This document shows, piece by piece, positions 1 through 12,627 of a stretch of 64,000 nt of DNA. Source of the DNA: Alloascoidea hylecoeti (lineage: Eukaryota). The notes beneath the pieces were generated by a model, which saw only the letters and a program-made list of their open reading frames with translations, searched no databases and was not told where the DNA came from. The first letter of the stretch is position 1, and every line of letters begins with the position of its first letter. The translations under genes and the position numbers were made by a program. The stretch lies in the NCBI GenBank assembly GCA_001600815.1, contig BCKZ01000001.1, positions 1,211,389 through 1,275,388 of the forward strand, given 5' to 3'.

Positions 1-560
1 TGCGAACAAGAAACTGTCTCAATTGGTACCCCTGAAAGGGGAACTAGCATCCGCAATAGGATGCACTAACGCCAATGGGGATGCTCTATTCCTGGTGATA
101 ATGTTTAATGGGTTAAAGTTGTTCCAAACTGAATTAAAATTTTCAATCAAGAGGAGCTCAAAAAGTGAGAAATTATTTTGCGATCTTAATGGGTATAATA
201 ATGTTTATCTCGATCGTCATTGCTTCAGTAGTCTGAAGGTTGTCTTCAGTAAATATAACTCAGACAATCTATATTTTTCTGGGCAGAAATTCCATAGCCA
301 GAAAAATGATTTCTTTGGGCTATATGCTATATGATATTTGTCGAAACCAAGAATTTACCTCCAAAAATGGATTCAAGAAAACAGGTGTATGGCATATCTT
401 TTTTTAAAGAAGTAAGTGTAGAAATAGGAAAACGGCAGCTAAACTGATTGAAAATAAGTCCATTCGATATTCAATATGGATCGTTCGCTAGAGAGGGTTA
501 TAAGCAAAATATGAAATGATTGGTCAATTTCGTGGAATCATGATATCAGATTCTAACGAG
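1..560 (+). mobile_element. Decayed pogo/Fot1-like (DDE_1) transposase remnant, open at the left window edge
   Basis: ORF 23..334 contains ASAIGCTNANGDALFLVIMFNG, resembling the pogo/Fot1 motif TVIECISADGxxLPPLIIFKG. Later segments resemble the GW-N and DGHxSH regions (LNGYNN, FSGQKFH) but are degenerate, and stops follow. Right boundary approximate. Confidence 0.5.
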
Positions 561-1528
561 AAAATTGCTCATCTTCTGGGTATATTATATGCATATTCAT
601 ATGAATTTATGAAACACATCTCATATTATAGATTAGCTAACGTTAACAGTTATCTATTAGACACAGCACTACGTATACTACTGTAGCTATTAGACTATTA
701 CTCAATGATTTCACTTAATTACGGCCACGTGGTAGACTTGAATTCGATTCAGATTGTGATGAATCTGATGATTACGTCACAGCTTATATACATATAATTA
801 AATAATAATTCGTACAACCCACCAAATATTAATATTTTTGAAACTCGCAAATTACCTACCCGTATAATCTTAATTAAATGAAGGAATTATATTTTGCGAA
901 ATCACCGATAATCTTTATATTTCTTAACAAACCTCCACAAATATTTATTTTCTGAAACATTCAAAATGTTTTCCCTCAAACACATAAATATATATTTTTC
1001 AAAAGATCAGCGAAATAATTACCAAAAGACACCTCTAGCTAGACACATTAATATATTATCAAAGAAAGAGCGACGTACTTCTGAAAACCTCTACGAAATA
1101 GTTCGTAGAAATACTTATTTGGAAACCCCAAACCTTTTCGAAAAACACTATTATATAATGAATCTACCATTTTACTCTAATTTTAAGTCCTTGTTTTAAT
1201 TCTTACTTTTACTACATATTTCAATCATTACTTTCATTCACTATGTGTGATATAGAACTGAAAGATGACGGGCCTTCTCAGACTATTATATAACGTTAAC
1301 ATAACTAAAGAGTTTTTTAAAGATTTTACAATAATTTGGAGTCCTTCATCGACAGAGATGATTTTTTGAACTTGCGGTTGTCAAACTTACCCTAGGCTAT
1401 GTCTATAAATAGTGTGTATTGTTTCTATATTTATATGAACAAGATCACTTATTAAAAATAGAAAATAATTTTTAAATTATCTTAATGAATTTTAATGAAT
1501 ATAAAGCTTATGAATATATTAATTAAAA

Positions 1529-2629
1529 TTAGCAAGAAGCGCCAGAACCACTTGGAATGCCAGTACATTTACTAGATGTCTTACCACCAGAAACACTGAT
1601 TCCTGACCATTTCCAATTAGAAGCTCCCTTAACCAAAATGTAAACATTAGTACCTGAGCTCTTAACCGATCCTTTAATGTTGCTCAATGTCAATCCAGTA
1701 ATTGGAACACCAGAAGTTGGTGTGCCTGTAGGAGATCCATTTTTGTAATCACCTTGAATAACAATACCATATTTAGCAATATTGGAGAGTGTGATATCAC
1801 TATAAGTAACATCAGATACAGAACCAGTGGCTCCATAAACTGTCTTAACACGAACTCCATTGTCGGAGTCAACAATTTTTGAATTGCTGATTGTGATTCC
1901 CTTAACCACATTGTTAGACCTTCCCCCAACTGAACCAATTGAAAGACCATGACCTCCAGAACAATATCCATTGGTGAAAGAAATATTGGTACCTGAATTA
2001 ATAGCTAAGCAATCATCTTGGTTATAAACAGTGGCACCTGTGATGGTGACTTGATCGGAAGATCCAACATCAAAAGCATCAGTATTATGACCTCCGTTGG
2101 AAACATCACCAGCTCTATTGTCAATAGTTACTCCAGATACTGTAAGTTCTGTACAACCATTAATAGAAAAGACTTGAACAGGGGAATTCTTGATATTTAA
2201 CGCAGAAATTGTTGAACTGATCAATTTATGAGCAGCAAAAAACTTTGGTTTTGTCTTACCGCCATTTCCCCCTTTACCGTCCCACCATTTAGCACCATTC
2301 CCATCAATAACATGACCAGAAACACCAGTCACTTTAACATCCGTGCCTGACACTGAAATCAAAGGTCCTTCCCACTCTTTATAACCAAAAGTTGTAGTTC
2401 CCTTAAATGTAACGGTTGTACCAGATTTCAACCCGGTAAGGTCAAGGGTTTTTCCAGCAGGAACTGTTAAGTCAGATACAACGATATTAGTACATGAACT
2501 CTTAACAGAGGCTAAGTTACTAATTGAAGAGCCTGTCAAGGTACATGAATCCCTTTTTTCAAGTTCAGAGGGAGCAGCATTTGCTAAAATCAAGAGGGTA
2601 AAGCCAGAGATTAAACCTGAAAGTTTCAT
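1529..2629 (-). CDS. PGU1: Secreted endopolygalacturonase (GH28), PGU1-like
   Basis: 366 aa intronless ORF with a signal peptide, a Kex2-type EKR|DSC site, and the GH28 motifs NTD, QDD, GHG and RVK. Confidence 0.96.
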   Translation of the reverse strand: MKLSGLISGFTLLILANAAPSELEKRDSCTLTGSSISNLASVKSSCTNIVVSDLTVPAGKTLDLTGLKSGTTVTFKGTTTFGYKEWEGPLISVSGTDVKVTGVSGHVIDGNGAKWWDGKGGNGGKTKPKFFAAHKLISSTISALNIKNSPVQVFSINGCTELTVSGVTIDNRAGDVSNGGHNTDAFDVGSSDQVTITGATVYNQDDCLAINSGTNISFTNGYCSGGHGLSIGSVGGRSNNVVKGITISNSKIVDSDNGVRVKTVYGATGSVSDVTYSDITLSNIAKYGIVIQGDYKNGSPTGTPTSGVPITGLTLSNIKGSVKSSGTNVYILVKGASNWKWSGISVSGGKTSSKCTGIPSGSGASC

Positions 2630-3578
2630 GATTACTAAAAGATTGTTATACTGAATTTGTTATTCAAATAGATTATATGTAAGAATAAAGTTAATATTAA
2701 TGGGAATATATCAGCTTTTTATAAGATTTGAAAGATATATTTATATCCACAAAACCAATATCAAAATTATAATACTTTTTAATGTATATATATTGTGAAA
2801 AACTATATAAATTTTTCAAATATAATATTTTGGAAAACTATCTCAACTATCGTAGGAGTCTATTACTATAAATAATATTATTAAATATATAGTGTTATAT
2901 GCCTCCAGATACGTTTACACCATGGGTATGTATTTGGTAACATTATTCCGGGTTGTTTCAAGTTTCTAGCTTCCAATTATAGAACCATTATATATGTAGC
3001 GCTATATATATCATATGTCCGGTTAAATATTGAATGATCACTATGAAGAGCTTCAAACTTTACCAGTCTGTATCACATTCTAGTTCAATTTTCAATCGCT
3101 CATATATTCTATTCAATATATACACTATGTTTAGTTTCTATAAATTGGTATACACTGGTATAGCAGTGAATCGCTAGCTATAGTAACTGCAACATATTAA
3201 TTATATAAAGATACTATATTAATGCCATTTATTAATAGGTGGCGCTTTTGTTTCATATAAGCTTAATTATAAGTTATAGCGAGGCCCCTATAATTTCTCA
3301 GGGCGTAGCTGAAAAATCCAAGGTCGTGTTTCTGCGTATATATTGCTTAATAATGCTTATATGTACGACCAAAATATATATTAATGTATTCCTGTCTTAA
3401 TTGCAATCGTAATTGCACTTATGGCGCTAAATTTATATCGTAAATAATTATAATCAACATTAATTGGAAATGGTGATATAGCAACCACCTATAAAGAGAG
3501 AACTACTAATTACTAATTTATAGATATTCTTTAGAGATGTGTTTATCTGAAATTTGAGCCTGAGCAGCTCGTGAGCCG

Positions 3579-3675
3579 GTGCTCACGAAGTCAAAAATTT
3601 CGCTATGCTCAGCTCATTTTGTGCTCACAAAGTCAAATTCTTGGCTATGCTTAGCCCGTTTTCAGCCCACAAGTC
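3579..3675. repeat. Imperfect 42-bp tandem repeat (~2.3 copies)
   Basis: GTGCTCACxAAGTCAAA...GCTATGCT units start at 3579 and 3621, with a partial unit at 3663. They follow TAGAGATG at 3532. Confidence 0.75.
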
Positions 3676-4782
3676 TGGATATTTGGTAAATTATGTAATA
3701 ATAGTAGGGTAAGTGTAAATAATATTGATCATGTGACAACTATAAAATTAGGGTGTATGGATGTATCAACTTGTGCTGAGAGCTGGATGAGAACCTAACA
3801 TATGGTAAATTGTTTAATATGTTCTGGTTATTTTAGTGCATAAAGTGGCCAATTATTTAGTGTCTCAAGTAGCTTTGTCAGGAGATCTCTTACCAACATT
3901 GTTCCCACCAAGTAGCAGGTAATTCTGGGTATATACACTACATAGGTTTATTATTATCAAAACAAGGAAATTCAGATGAAAGGCTCCGTAATAATTGTAA
4001 AAGAAGAAGATAGCAAGAGGACCTCGATTTGAGTATCTAAGAATATAGTGAGCAATAATTTAAAAAAAAATAATTCAACATGGTGAAGATTTAACTTATA
4101 ATAAATTAGTGTCATCGAAAATTCTACTAACAAAGTTACGATCGTTTTAATCCCCCAATTGACGGTATATGCTTGAGTGGCTTTCGCCACAAAAGGTCTA
4201 AAGATAGGCCAATGGTAAATATAACAGTACTAAATTTGAAGTTACATGTCAGTCTAATAGATTATTTATTTGTTTGATTTTCTTCTAGCTGTAAAGATTA
4301 TATTAAAGGTTTTAGGAGAACGATTTATTATGCTTGATGTCAGGAATTTTTACACTAATATTATATTTCATCTTACAATTAACCGGCTCCAAATTTAAAG
4401 CTTCTTGGAACCAGTTATTCAATTAAGAAGAGCTTTAACTGATAGTTTTATATACAATTGTTATATGTATTAGGCCTTACTATTGTAATATGTAGAAATT
4501 ATTTCGACTTTCGGTAATACGGGGCTTATAATCGGGTTATATAGTAAACTCCTCTATCTACATCAAGTCATGCAGCCACTCGGTTCGGGTACATGCGTCG
4601 AAATCTTTTCTACAAAATGGCGAATTCAGAGTGGAAAAATTGTACTATGTAGTCCTTGAATATGGGCAATTGATATCTTTGATGAGGACTTAATCAACTA
4701 ATTGTGTGAGTTGGCCAACAGCTTATATTTTAGATGGAGATAGATTCTCTGATAGGGCCAATTTATTATGTAATTTTGCTTT

Positions 4783-4838
4783 TGAGCCCCATTTTTCTTG
4801 GCTTAAGCCCCATTTTGCTTGGTTTAAGCCCCATTTGA
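4783..4838. repeat. 21-bp tandem repeat (~2.6 copies)
   Basis: AGCCCCATTT core recurs three times at a 21-bp period. Confidence 0.8.
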
Positions 4839-6079
4839 AACCACCAATTGCAATCACACAAACCTGTAAAACAAATAACTAGTAACTACCATTGATCAAA
4901 ATCTACAAGTTTCCTTTGCAGTGGATTCAATAAGCATTTCTCTCAGCAGTATTTCAATCACATATAAAAAGATCTTCAGTTGCAAGATTCGTGTATTAAT
5001 ATTATTTGAGAGTGGATGGTATAACGAATATGTGTGTAATTAATAATATTTTTTTTTTCTATGAATTTAGCATATATCTTTGAGAATAGCAAACATTAAT
5101 TTTCTACTAATATTGTACTTATAAATGTAATAAATATGTGCTTATGTAGTCGCATCACAGAGGGATGATGATACCTTATTGGATTAAATGTTTATCATTA
5201 TGAATGGTTTTATAAGTGGGAATACACTTGAAATATGGCATCATTTATTTGTGGATAACCTAATATAAATGTATATCCCTTTATAAATTCTCTAGAGTAT
5301 TGCTTTACACTTAACATTCTTGATTTATATATATGCATACATCGGCTCACAACAACCCTTACCCGACATAAGAGTCGTTTATAAGAATTCGAGAGAAGCA
5401 AATGGTGGATAAGACGAAGAGGCTGTAGTTTTAATTAACACATGTCAGATGCAGGGTAAGAGTAAGAAAATCCCCAACTGATTACAGTGTTGCCAGATAC
5501 AGTAACTGCATTTAAATCTTTTTATTCAAATGCATGCGATCGAGATCTATATGTAAATCTAAGATATATATTATCTCTCTCATCTGAGATCAAATTAGAA
5601 ATATAACGTTTGCTCATACTAAATTTACATTATAGAATACAACAGTTACAAATAATTGTAATCAATAGGTAGTTAGTTATATAGTATAAGCTTAAGGTTG
5701 CAACTATGCAGGTAGCCTCAAAATATAGATCCTGATATCGTTTTACAAAAGTTACATTTATTATTATTCAAGATATCTTGTTCTTTAGTTTAGTTTAAAT
5801 TTACATATGTTAAACAATTGGTATATATCATCATATTTATATTTATTAGCGCTACATGTTGGAATCTCCAAACAATTATAATTGCAGAGTCATACTGTGT
5901 GAAATTTACTTTACTATTAGGTATTAACATTACAGTTTTATCTAGGGTATGTTTAATGAGGTATTTTATAACTAGAACTTAAAAATGTAATTGTTATATA
6001 TAATTGCAAGGATTTGTTTCTTTTTCTCTTCTCTTCTCTTCTCTTTTCAAGTTTTAATTTTAAAGAAAAAATATTAATA

Positions 6080-7106
6080 ATGGTATCTTTAGACAATATC
6101 ATCAAACAAAACGTAGCATTGAGTGCTAATTTAGAGAACTTGGTAGTCGTTGTTTCTGGGGGAACAGGTGGAATTGGTGAAAGTACAGCTTATAAATTTG
6201 CCAAATATACTAAATCACCAACAATTTATATAGTTGGAAGAAATAAGGAAGCAGGAGCAAGAGTTCTTGAAAACTTAAAGAAAATTAACGATGACAATGC
6301 CAAATATTATTTCCTTAGCCATGATTTATCATTGATCACTGAAGCCGATAAGGTCGTCGAAAGTATTAAGGCAGTCGAATCAAAGGTTAATGTTTTATTT
6401 TTATCCTCTGGATTGATGGATCTCAGTAAGAAGAAAACCGAGACAGCTGAAGGAATTGAAAAAAGATTGGCCATCAATTATTATACTCGTTGGAGAATTG
6501 TTGATGGACTTGCTGATTTGCTTAAAGTTGCTGGAGATGCTGAAGAAACTGCAAGAGTTGTTAGTGTTCTACATGCTGGTGGCGAATTCTTTGCTAGACC
6601 AGATGATTATGGATTAAAGGACAGTAAGCTAATTATTAACACTAATATCAATGAAGTATTCAATAGAACTAACTATTTTTTTAGATTTTTCTTTTGCCAA
6701 TTATGGTAGTCATGTTGTTGCATTAAACTCAACAGCAGCTTTGAGATTTGCAAGAGTTTATCCAACTGTTTCATTTAACCACGGACATCCAGGGTTTGTC
6801 CAAACCGGTGTCTTAAGCAACTTACCATGGTATCTTAGATACCCTGCCACTGGTATTATTAAAATCTTTGGTGCTACTCCAGATGAGAGTGGTGAAAGAT
6901 TTTACTATCTATCTGCTACTGCTCCTGAGTTCGCAAGAGGTGGTCATTTAGTCAGTGAAAAAGATGAAGATGTCACTGATAAATCCAAGGTTCCTAAGAA
7001 GACCCCAGCTGGTACTCACGACTGGTGGAGTGTTGAATCTCAAGATGCAGCATGGTTACATACTTCAGAAGAGTTTGTTCTTGCCCGTGCAGCTACCAAG
7101 CATTAA
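6080..7106 (+). CDS. Short-chain dehydrogenase/reductase, paralog 1 (one intron, 6624..6684)
   Basis: Rossmann motif SGGTGGIG, plus GRN and HPGFVQT. The intron GTAAGC...ACTAAC...TTAG joins ORFs 6014..6709 and 6651..7106 in frame. First ATG at 6080. Confidence 0.9.
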
Positions 7107-8171
7107 ACACTCTGGAATGTTCAGTGATATCACAGCAATTTTCTAATAGTTTGGAGTTGTCAATACTTCATAATAATATTTATGTACATCTATATAATCT
7201 TGAATTAATTAATATGCTGTTAATAATATAATATAATAATAATAAACTTAAATTCTTATCGATACTTTATTAATTGAAGTGTATCTTGAAAAGTACGTAA
7301 ATTAAACATTATTGTTAATCCTACAATATCTTTTTCGATTTGCGCATACTCAATTGATTGATTATTGTATTAGCAGCATACTTGTATTAGCAGCATCCTT
7401 ATAACTTATATTTCCTTAATAAATTGCAGCTACAGTTGATTCAGTTCAACGATCTGATGATAATTTGGCCATCTTAAGAATGCCATCACTATCAGTTTGA
7501 ATAATAGTTGTACATGTATAATAACAAGTTTCAGATGGTTCTTGTAAATCTATAAGGTGCTTCGGAAAAGTGATAGTCGATTCTGACCTATTAATATTTA
7601 GAAAAATGACACATAAAAAAAGAAGTAAATATAAAGGTAAACGCCGGAGCACAAACGAATATAGGACACATGATAGCCAGAGGATAAAATTAAGATATCG
7701 ATGACTGATAACATTTCACTTATACATCTCTTTTGTATCTAAAGTGATCCTAGAGTGGCCATAAAGACAATTATACATGATTATAAGCTTTGATTGGTAG
7801 ATTTGTACTGTAGTACTGATTCCGTTACTCTAAACTTAATTGTAAAAGTTTTTGAATTATGAACAATACGGCAGCTTTAGATCAGCATTGATTCTACCAT
7901 ATATATAAACTATCCCCTCGCGGGAATATGTAGTGAGATCGATCGTCACTATAAAAATTGTGTTTTAACAACAGTGACTATTTTGCAAATGGATTTCGTG
8001 ATCACATAATTGCTATATCTACATATTAATGTGAGCGCACGTTCTTATACGCTTTAATCTATATAGCACTATAGATATATTGATACATAAAGGACAAGAG
8101 TACCATTCTATTTGTGCATTGATATTGCCATTATTTAATAATTATAAATATATCAATATATATGATCAATA

Positions 8172-9287
8172 ATGCCATCTTTACAACATATCATCAAGCA
8201 AAATGTTGAGGTCGGTACCAAATTAGAAAACTTGGTAGTCGTTATTACTGGTGGAACAAGTGGAATTGGAGAAAATACAGCTTATAAATTTGCAAAATAT
8301 TCTAAGTCACCAACAATTTATATAATCGGAAGAAATAAAGAAAAGGGAGCAAAAGTTCTTATAAATTTAAAAGAGATTAACGATGATAATGCAAAATATT
8401 ATTTCCTAAGTTATGATTTATCATTAATTTCTGAAGCTGATAAAGTAATCAATTATATTAAAGCAAAAACAGCAAAGGTTAATGTTATAATTTTATCTTC
8501 TGGATTTCTTGAGATTGGTAAAAGAAAAGCATCAATTGAAGGAATTGATAAAAGATTGGCAGTTAATTATTATTCCCGATGGAGAATTGTTGATGGCCTT
8601 ATAGATTTAGTCCAAAAAGCAGCGGAATCTAAGGAACTATCAAGAGTTGTCAGTGTTTTACATCCTGGTATTGAAGGGTTTGTTCACCCAGAAGATATTG
8701 GATTAAGGAAAAGTAATAACATTCTAGATAGGCATACCCTAATATAGGATATCTATAAATACAGTTTAACTAACGAATATTGCTTTCTTAGATGCCGGTA
8801 TAATTGACTATAATTTACATGCTAGTACTTTAAATTCAACGGCGGTTTTGGTATGTATGACAACGGAAATTGAAATTTAAACAGGAATCAGCAATCAAAT
8901 TACTAATTAACCATTATTATATCCTTATATTGACAATTGAAACAGAGATTTTCCAAAGAATATCCAAGTATTTCATTTACTCATGTTTATCCTGGAGTAG
9001 TCCAAACAAACGTTTTAAAGAATCTCCCATGGTACATTAGATATCCAATATCGGGTATTATGCTGATTCTGGGAACTACGGCAGAAGATAGCGGAGAAAG
9101 GATTTTCTATATATCAGGATCAAGCCAAGAATTTGCAAAAGGAGGGGATTTAGTTAATGGAGATTGTGATTCAATTCTTGAATATTCTAAAAATCGGGGA
9201 GGTTGGTGGAGAGAAGAAAGCATAAAGAAAGTATGGAAACATACTTTAGAGGAGTTTGATGGTGCAATTAATAATCCGTATCCTTAA
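8172..9287 (+). CDS. Short-chain dehydrogenase/reductase, paralog 2 (introns 8713..8791 and 8851..8945)
   Basis: TGGTSGIG motif and clear colinear similarity to paralog 1. Splicing GTAATA...TAG and GTATGT...CAG gives a continuous frame. Confidence 0.9.
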
Positions 9288-9474
9288 AAAATAATGATTG
9301 CAAAATAAAAATGAATTTATATAGTCAATTATAAAAATGTTTGATATTATGCTGAAATATTTTGGTACACTGTGTTGAAGGTATTTGGTGTGAAATGTAA
9401 TGTTCTACAAAAGAATGAACAGCTAAGTATATATCAGAACGCATATGTAACACTGATACCTAGTAGAATGTGGT

Positions 9475-9482
9475 CCGGGTAA
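9475..9482 (+). promoter_or_regulatory. Reb1-type site CCGGGTAA upstream of the IRS4-like gene
   Basis: Exact Reb1 consensus ~50 bp before the ATG. The same motif occurs in other promoters in this window. Confidence 0.55.
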
Positions 9483-9533
9483 CGTTGATTCTACTGAAAC
9501 GGTCGTCTTCTAATTGTTTGCATTGTCGTACAA

Positions 9534-11897
9534 ATGGGTATTAAACCTTTGGATTTCAAGAGAAACACGTCTCACGCTTCCCCGGGAGTGTCTGGGTCAG
9601 GGGGACCAGGGGGACCGGGGGTGGATGCGTTGGCTGCGGCCACTGCAGCTGCTGCCTTTTTGAGTCCACCTAAACAGAAGCAGCAGTTTCTTTCAGTATC
9701 TTCTCGGCCTGTTAAATCTCCCCGATCTCCTCGCTCTCCTCGCTCTGTGTCCCCCCAAAAATCAATTCACTCTCCGATCCCCAACACTAATAACTCAAAA
9801 CCAATCCAAAATAAAAATAATAAAGACAATAAAGTTGGTGAATCTAATCTTGATATAACTACTGATTTAAAGCTGGGTAATACTAATCATCAGCATGCAC
9901 CTACAAAAAGGCATACCAATAATTCAAAAGATTCATTATTAAAAGATGAGAGTGTACAACAATCATCAACAACATCTTCAATTAGTCTTAAAAAACGAAC
10001 AAAACTGGGTTCTGCAATAAGTTCTGTAAATAATTCATTAGCAACTGATCAAGAAATCGAAGAACAACGACGTAAGGAATCGTTGGCTGCTGCTTTGAAA
10101 AGTTTTAAAATCAGTAGTAATAATAACGTGTCTAATCCTAGGGATTCTATTCAATCACAATCACAATCACATTCGGATGCCGAATCAATCTCAAATCTAC
10201 ATAAAAAAAGATTATCGGTTTCATCATTGAGACAAACAAACAAATCTACTCCACAACAGATACCAGAGTCAGCACCACCAGCACAAGAATTTGAAAAGGA
10301 GAAAGATTTAGTTTCAATCAAAAAGGGAAAATCAAACTCATCACTATATTTAGATATAAACCCCCAAAATTCAAATACATCATCATCATCAAGTATCCTT
10401 TCCTATCCAAATTCATTACAATTAACATCTGAATCACAAGTGCCATCACTATCTCAAGCACAATCACAACCTCTACCAGGACCTCGATTATCATCATCAT
10501 CTTCTTCAACATCTTCAGCAAAGTTAAAACCAAAAAGTAATGCATTATTAAAATCCCAAGTTCCTTCACTCACACCAGATGAAGAAAAGAAGCCAAATTC
10601 AGTAAGAAGAAAACCACCAGCTGCTCCACAAACTCAATCAGAATCACAAATACAAACACAACCAAAACCTAAACCACAATCACGTTCAGAGTCGCAACCA
10701 CCCACGGTTGTAATCAATGATGATAATAAAAACGGTTGCACTAGTCCTAAATCAAGACCCACCCCACAACAATTATTAAGCTCTGACACACTTAAGAAAC
10801 CAATACGGAGACATCCATCATTAAATCCAAGAAATAAATCAAATGTTAGTGCTTCTGATGCATGCTCATTATCAAGTGTGACTACCACATCTTCAACGTC
10901 TTCATCATTTTCTAAATCGCTGAACAAACGTCCCAATAGCACTTACAGTTATAGTAACATTTTAGAAGTTAATTCTATTGATAGTGATCTTATTAAAGAT
11001 GATTATGAAGTTGATGATTATTTCTCTTTATCTAGATCTTTAAACCAATCCCCTGTACAACCACAATCACAATCACAACTTCAATTACAAGGTTTTGTAA
11101 AAAATACATTTGGCAATAATAATAATCTAATAAAACCTTCAACGTCAATAACAAATCAATATATAGGTATAGGACCACCAACTGATGAATTAGCAACATT
11201 AGCAATGCAATTAGGATCAAGAATTGAACCAAAATCAAAACATCAATTATCATCAAACTTGAAAAATGGAACAAAAAAAGTTTTAAGAGATTTAAAATTA
11301 ATACCACAAAAGAGTAAAAAAAATAGTAGTATTGATAATTTAGTAATTAATAATATTAATGGCAATAATTTAAGTATGATGTATGACGACCAATTTTATG
11401 ATTCTAATTCATTAAGTAATGATAACAATATAACAACAGTTCAATTAAAATCAACAATGAGGAAACAAAAGAAGAAGGAAAAAGATTTTAATGAAGACAA
11501 ACCATGGAAACATCATACTGATACAACTCGATTAACAGAGCAAGAAAGGAAACGTTATGAAGGAGTTTGGGCTTCAAATAAATGTGCAATTGACTCCAGA
11601 TTTTTATACATTGAAAATAATTATAATAATACTTGTGATGAATCTATTCATGCACTAGTTGTCCGAGAATTATGGAGAAGAAGTAAATTACCAGAAGATA
11701 TACTTCGAAGAATATGGGACTTGGTTGATTTGAAACAAGATAGAACATTAAATAGAGAGTCATTTCTTGTTGGTATGTGGCTTGTTGATCAATGTTTATA
11801 CGGTAGGAAATTACCAAAGGCTGTTGATAAAGTTGTTTGGGATAGTGTTACAAGATTAAATGTTGAGGTTAATATTTTGAAAAAAACTAAAAGGTAA
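9534..11897 (+). CDS. IRS4: IRS4/TAX4-like C-terminal EH-domain protein
   Basis: Long low-complexity S/Q/P region, then FNEDKPWKHH, ERKRYEGVW, an EH domain (ELWRRSKLP..IWDLVD) and GMWLVDQCLYGRKLP. Confidence 0.85.
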   Translation: MGIKPLDFKRNTSHASPGVSGSGGPGGPGVDALAAATAAAAFLSPPKQKQQFLSVSSRPVKSPRSPRSPRSVSPQKSIHSPIPNTNNSKPIQNKNNKDNKVGESNLDITTDLKLGNTNHQHAPTKRHTNNSKDSLLKDESVQQSSTTSSISLKKRTKLGSAISSVNNSLATDQEIEEQRRKESLAAALKSFKISSNNNVSNPRDSIQSQSQSHSDAESISNLHKKRLSVSSLRQTNKSTPQQIPESAPPAQEFEKEKDLVSIKKGKSNSSLYLDINPQNSNTSSSSSILSYPNSLQLTSESQVPSLSQAQSQPLPGPRLSSSSSSTSSAKLKPKSNALLKSQVPSLTPDEEKKPNSVRRKPPAAPQTQSESQIQTQPKPKPQSRSESQPPTVVINDDNKNGCTSPKSRPTPQQLLSSDTLKKPIRRHPSLNPRNKSNVSASDACSLSSVTTTSSTSSSFSKSLNKRPNSTYSYSNILEVNSIDSDLIKDDYEVDDYFSLSRSLNQSPVQPQSQSQLQLQGFVKNTFGNNNNLIKPSTSITNQYIGIGPPTDELATLAMQLGSRIEPKSKHQLSSNLKNGTKKVLRDLKLIPQKSKKNSSIDNLVINNINGNNLSMMYDDQFYDSNSLSNDNNITTVQLKSTMRKQKKKEKDFNEDKPWKHHTDTTRLTEQERKRYEGVWASNKCAIDSRFLYIENNYNNTCDESIHALVVRELWRRSKLPEDILRRIWDLVDLKQDRTLNRESFLVGMWLVDQCLYGRKLPKAVDKVVWDSVTRLNVEVNILKKTKR

Positions 11898-11930
11898 TTT
11901 ATAATTATGGAATATAATCTTTTCTGTTAT

Positions 11931-12033
11931 ATTGTTATTGTTATTGTTATTGTTATTGTTATTGTTATTGTTATTGTTATTGTTATTGTTATTGTTATTG
12001 TTATTGTTATTGTTATTGTTATTGTTATTGTTA
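11931..12033. repeat. (TTATTG)n hexanucleotide microsatellite, ~17 units
   Basis: Perfect array just downstream of the IRS4-like stop codon. Confidence 0.97.
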
Positions 12034-12627
12034 CTATAAGTCCATTAGACTTCAAAGTACAGTATTTGATCATATTAATATAAGGTTGCCCACCTGCATA
12101 TGCATATGCATACCCATCTCTTTAAATTGGTAATTTGGGAAGCTACTGGTGATCACCTAAGAACGAAAGCGCATAATTTCTCCACACCTTTTTTTGACGC
12201 AGAACAACCAGTTACCAACAACAATAAATGACAAAGATGTAGGGAGATATATTATGCCAAATAGAATTTATTACACTTTTATTTTTATTACATCTGATTG
12301 CGGCAGTGTGTTGAACTCAAATATATCCAAACCATTTAGCTTCGCTCCGCGTGCATATGCAATAATATATAACAGAACATACATAATTACTCACTTATTC
12401 GACTTAACTACCCTTACACTTGATCGAAGGCTCAATATTTGACTTGTTAACAAGGATGAACACAACAGTAAATGTTAATTCAGAAAACGTATGCAAACAA
12501 ATGAATGGAAAATGAAATCAGTTTAGTTCTTTTTCCAACCTTATAAGATGCATTTCTTTATACAGTAGTTCTGTAAATATGCATATCCCAATATAGTAAG
12601 TACGTATATGTGTCATATTTACCCGTC

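Noticed and set aside
3579..4838. CRISPR-like arrays in the short tandem repeats
   Set aside because: The units are adjacent with no unique spacers, there are no cas genes, and the DNA is eukaryotic.
7446..7652. Small secreted peptide ORF
   Set aside because: Starts at GTG, and the hydrophobic stretch is explained by T-rich DNA; no other support.
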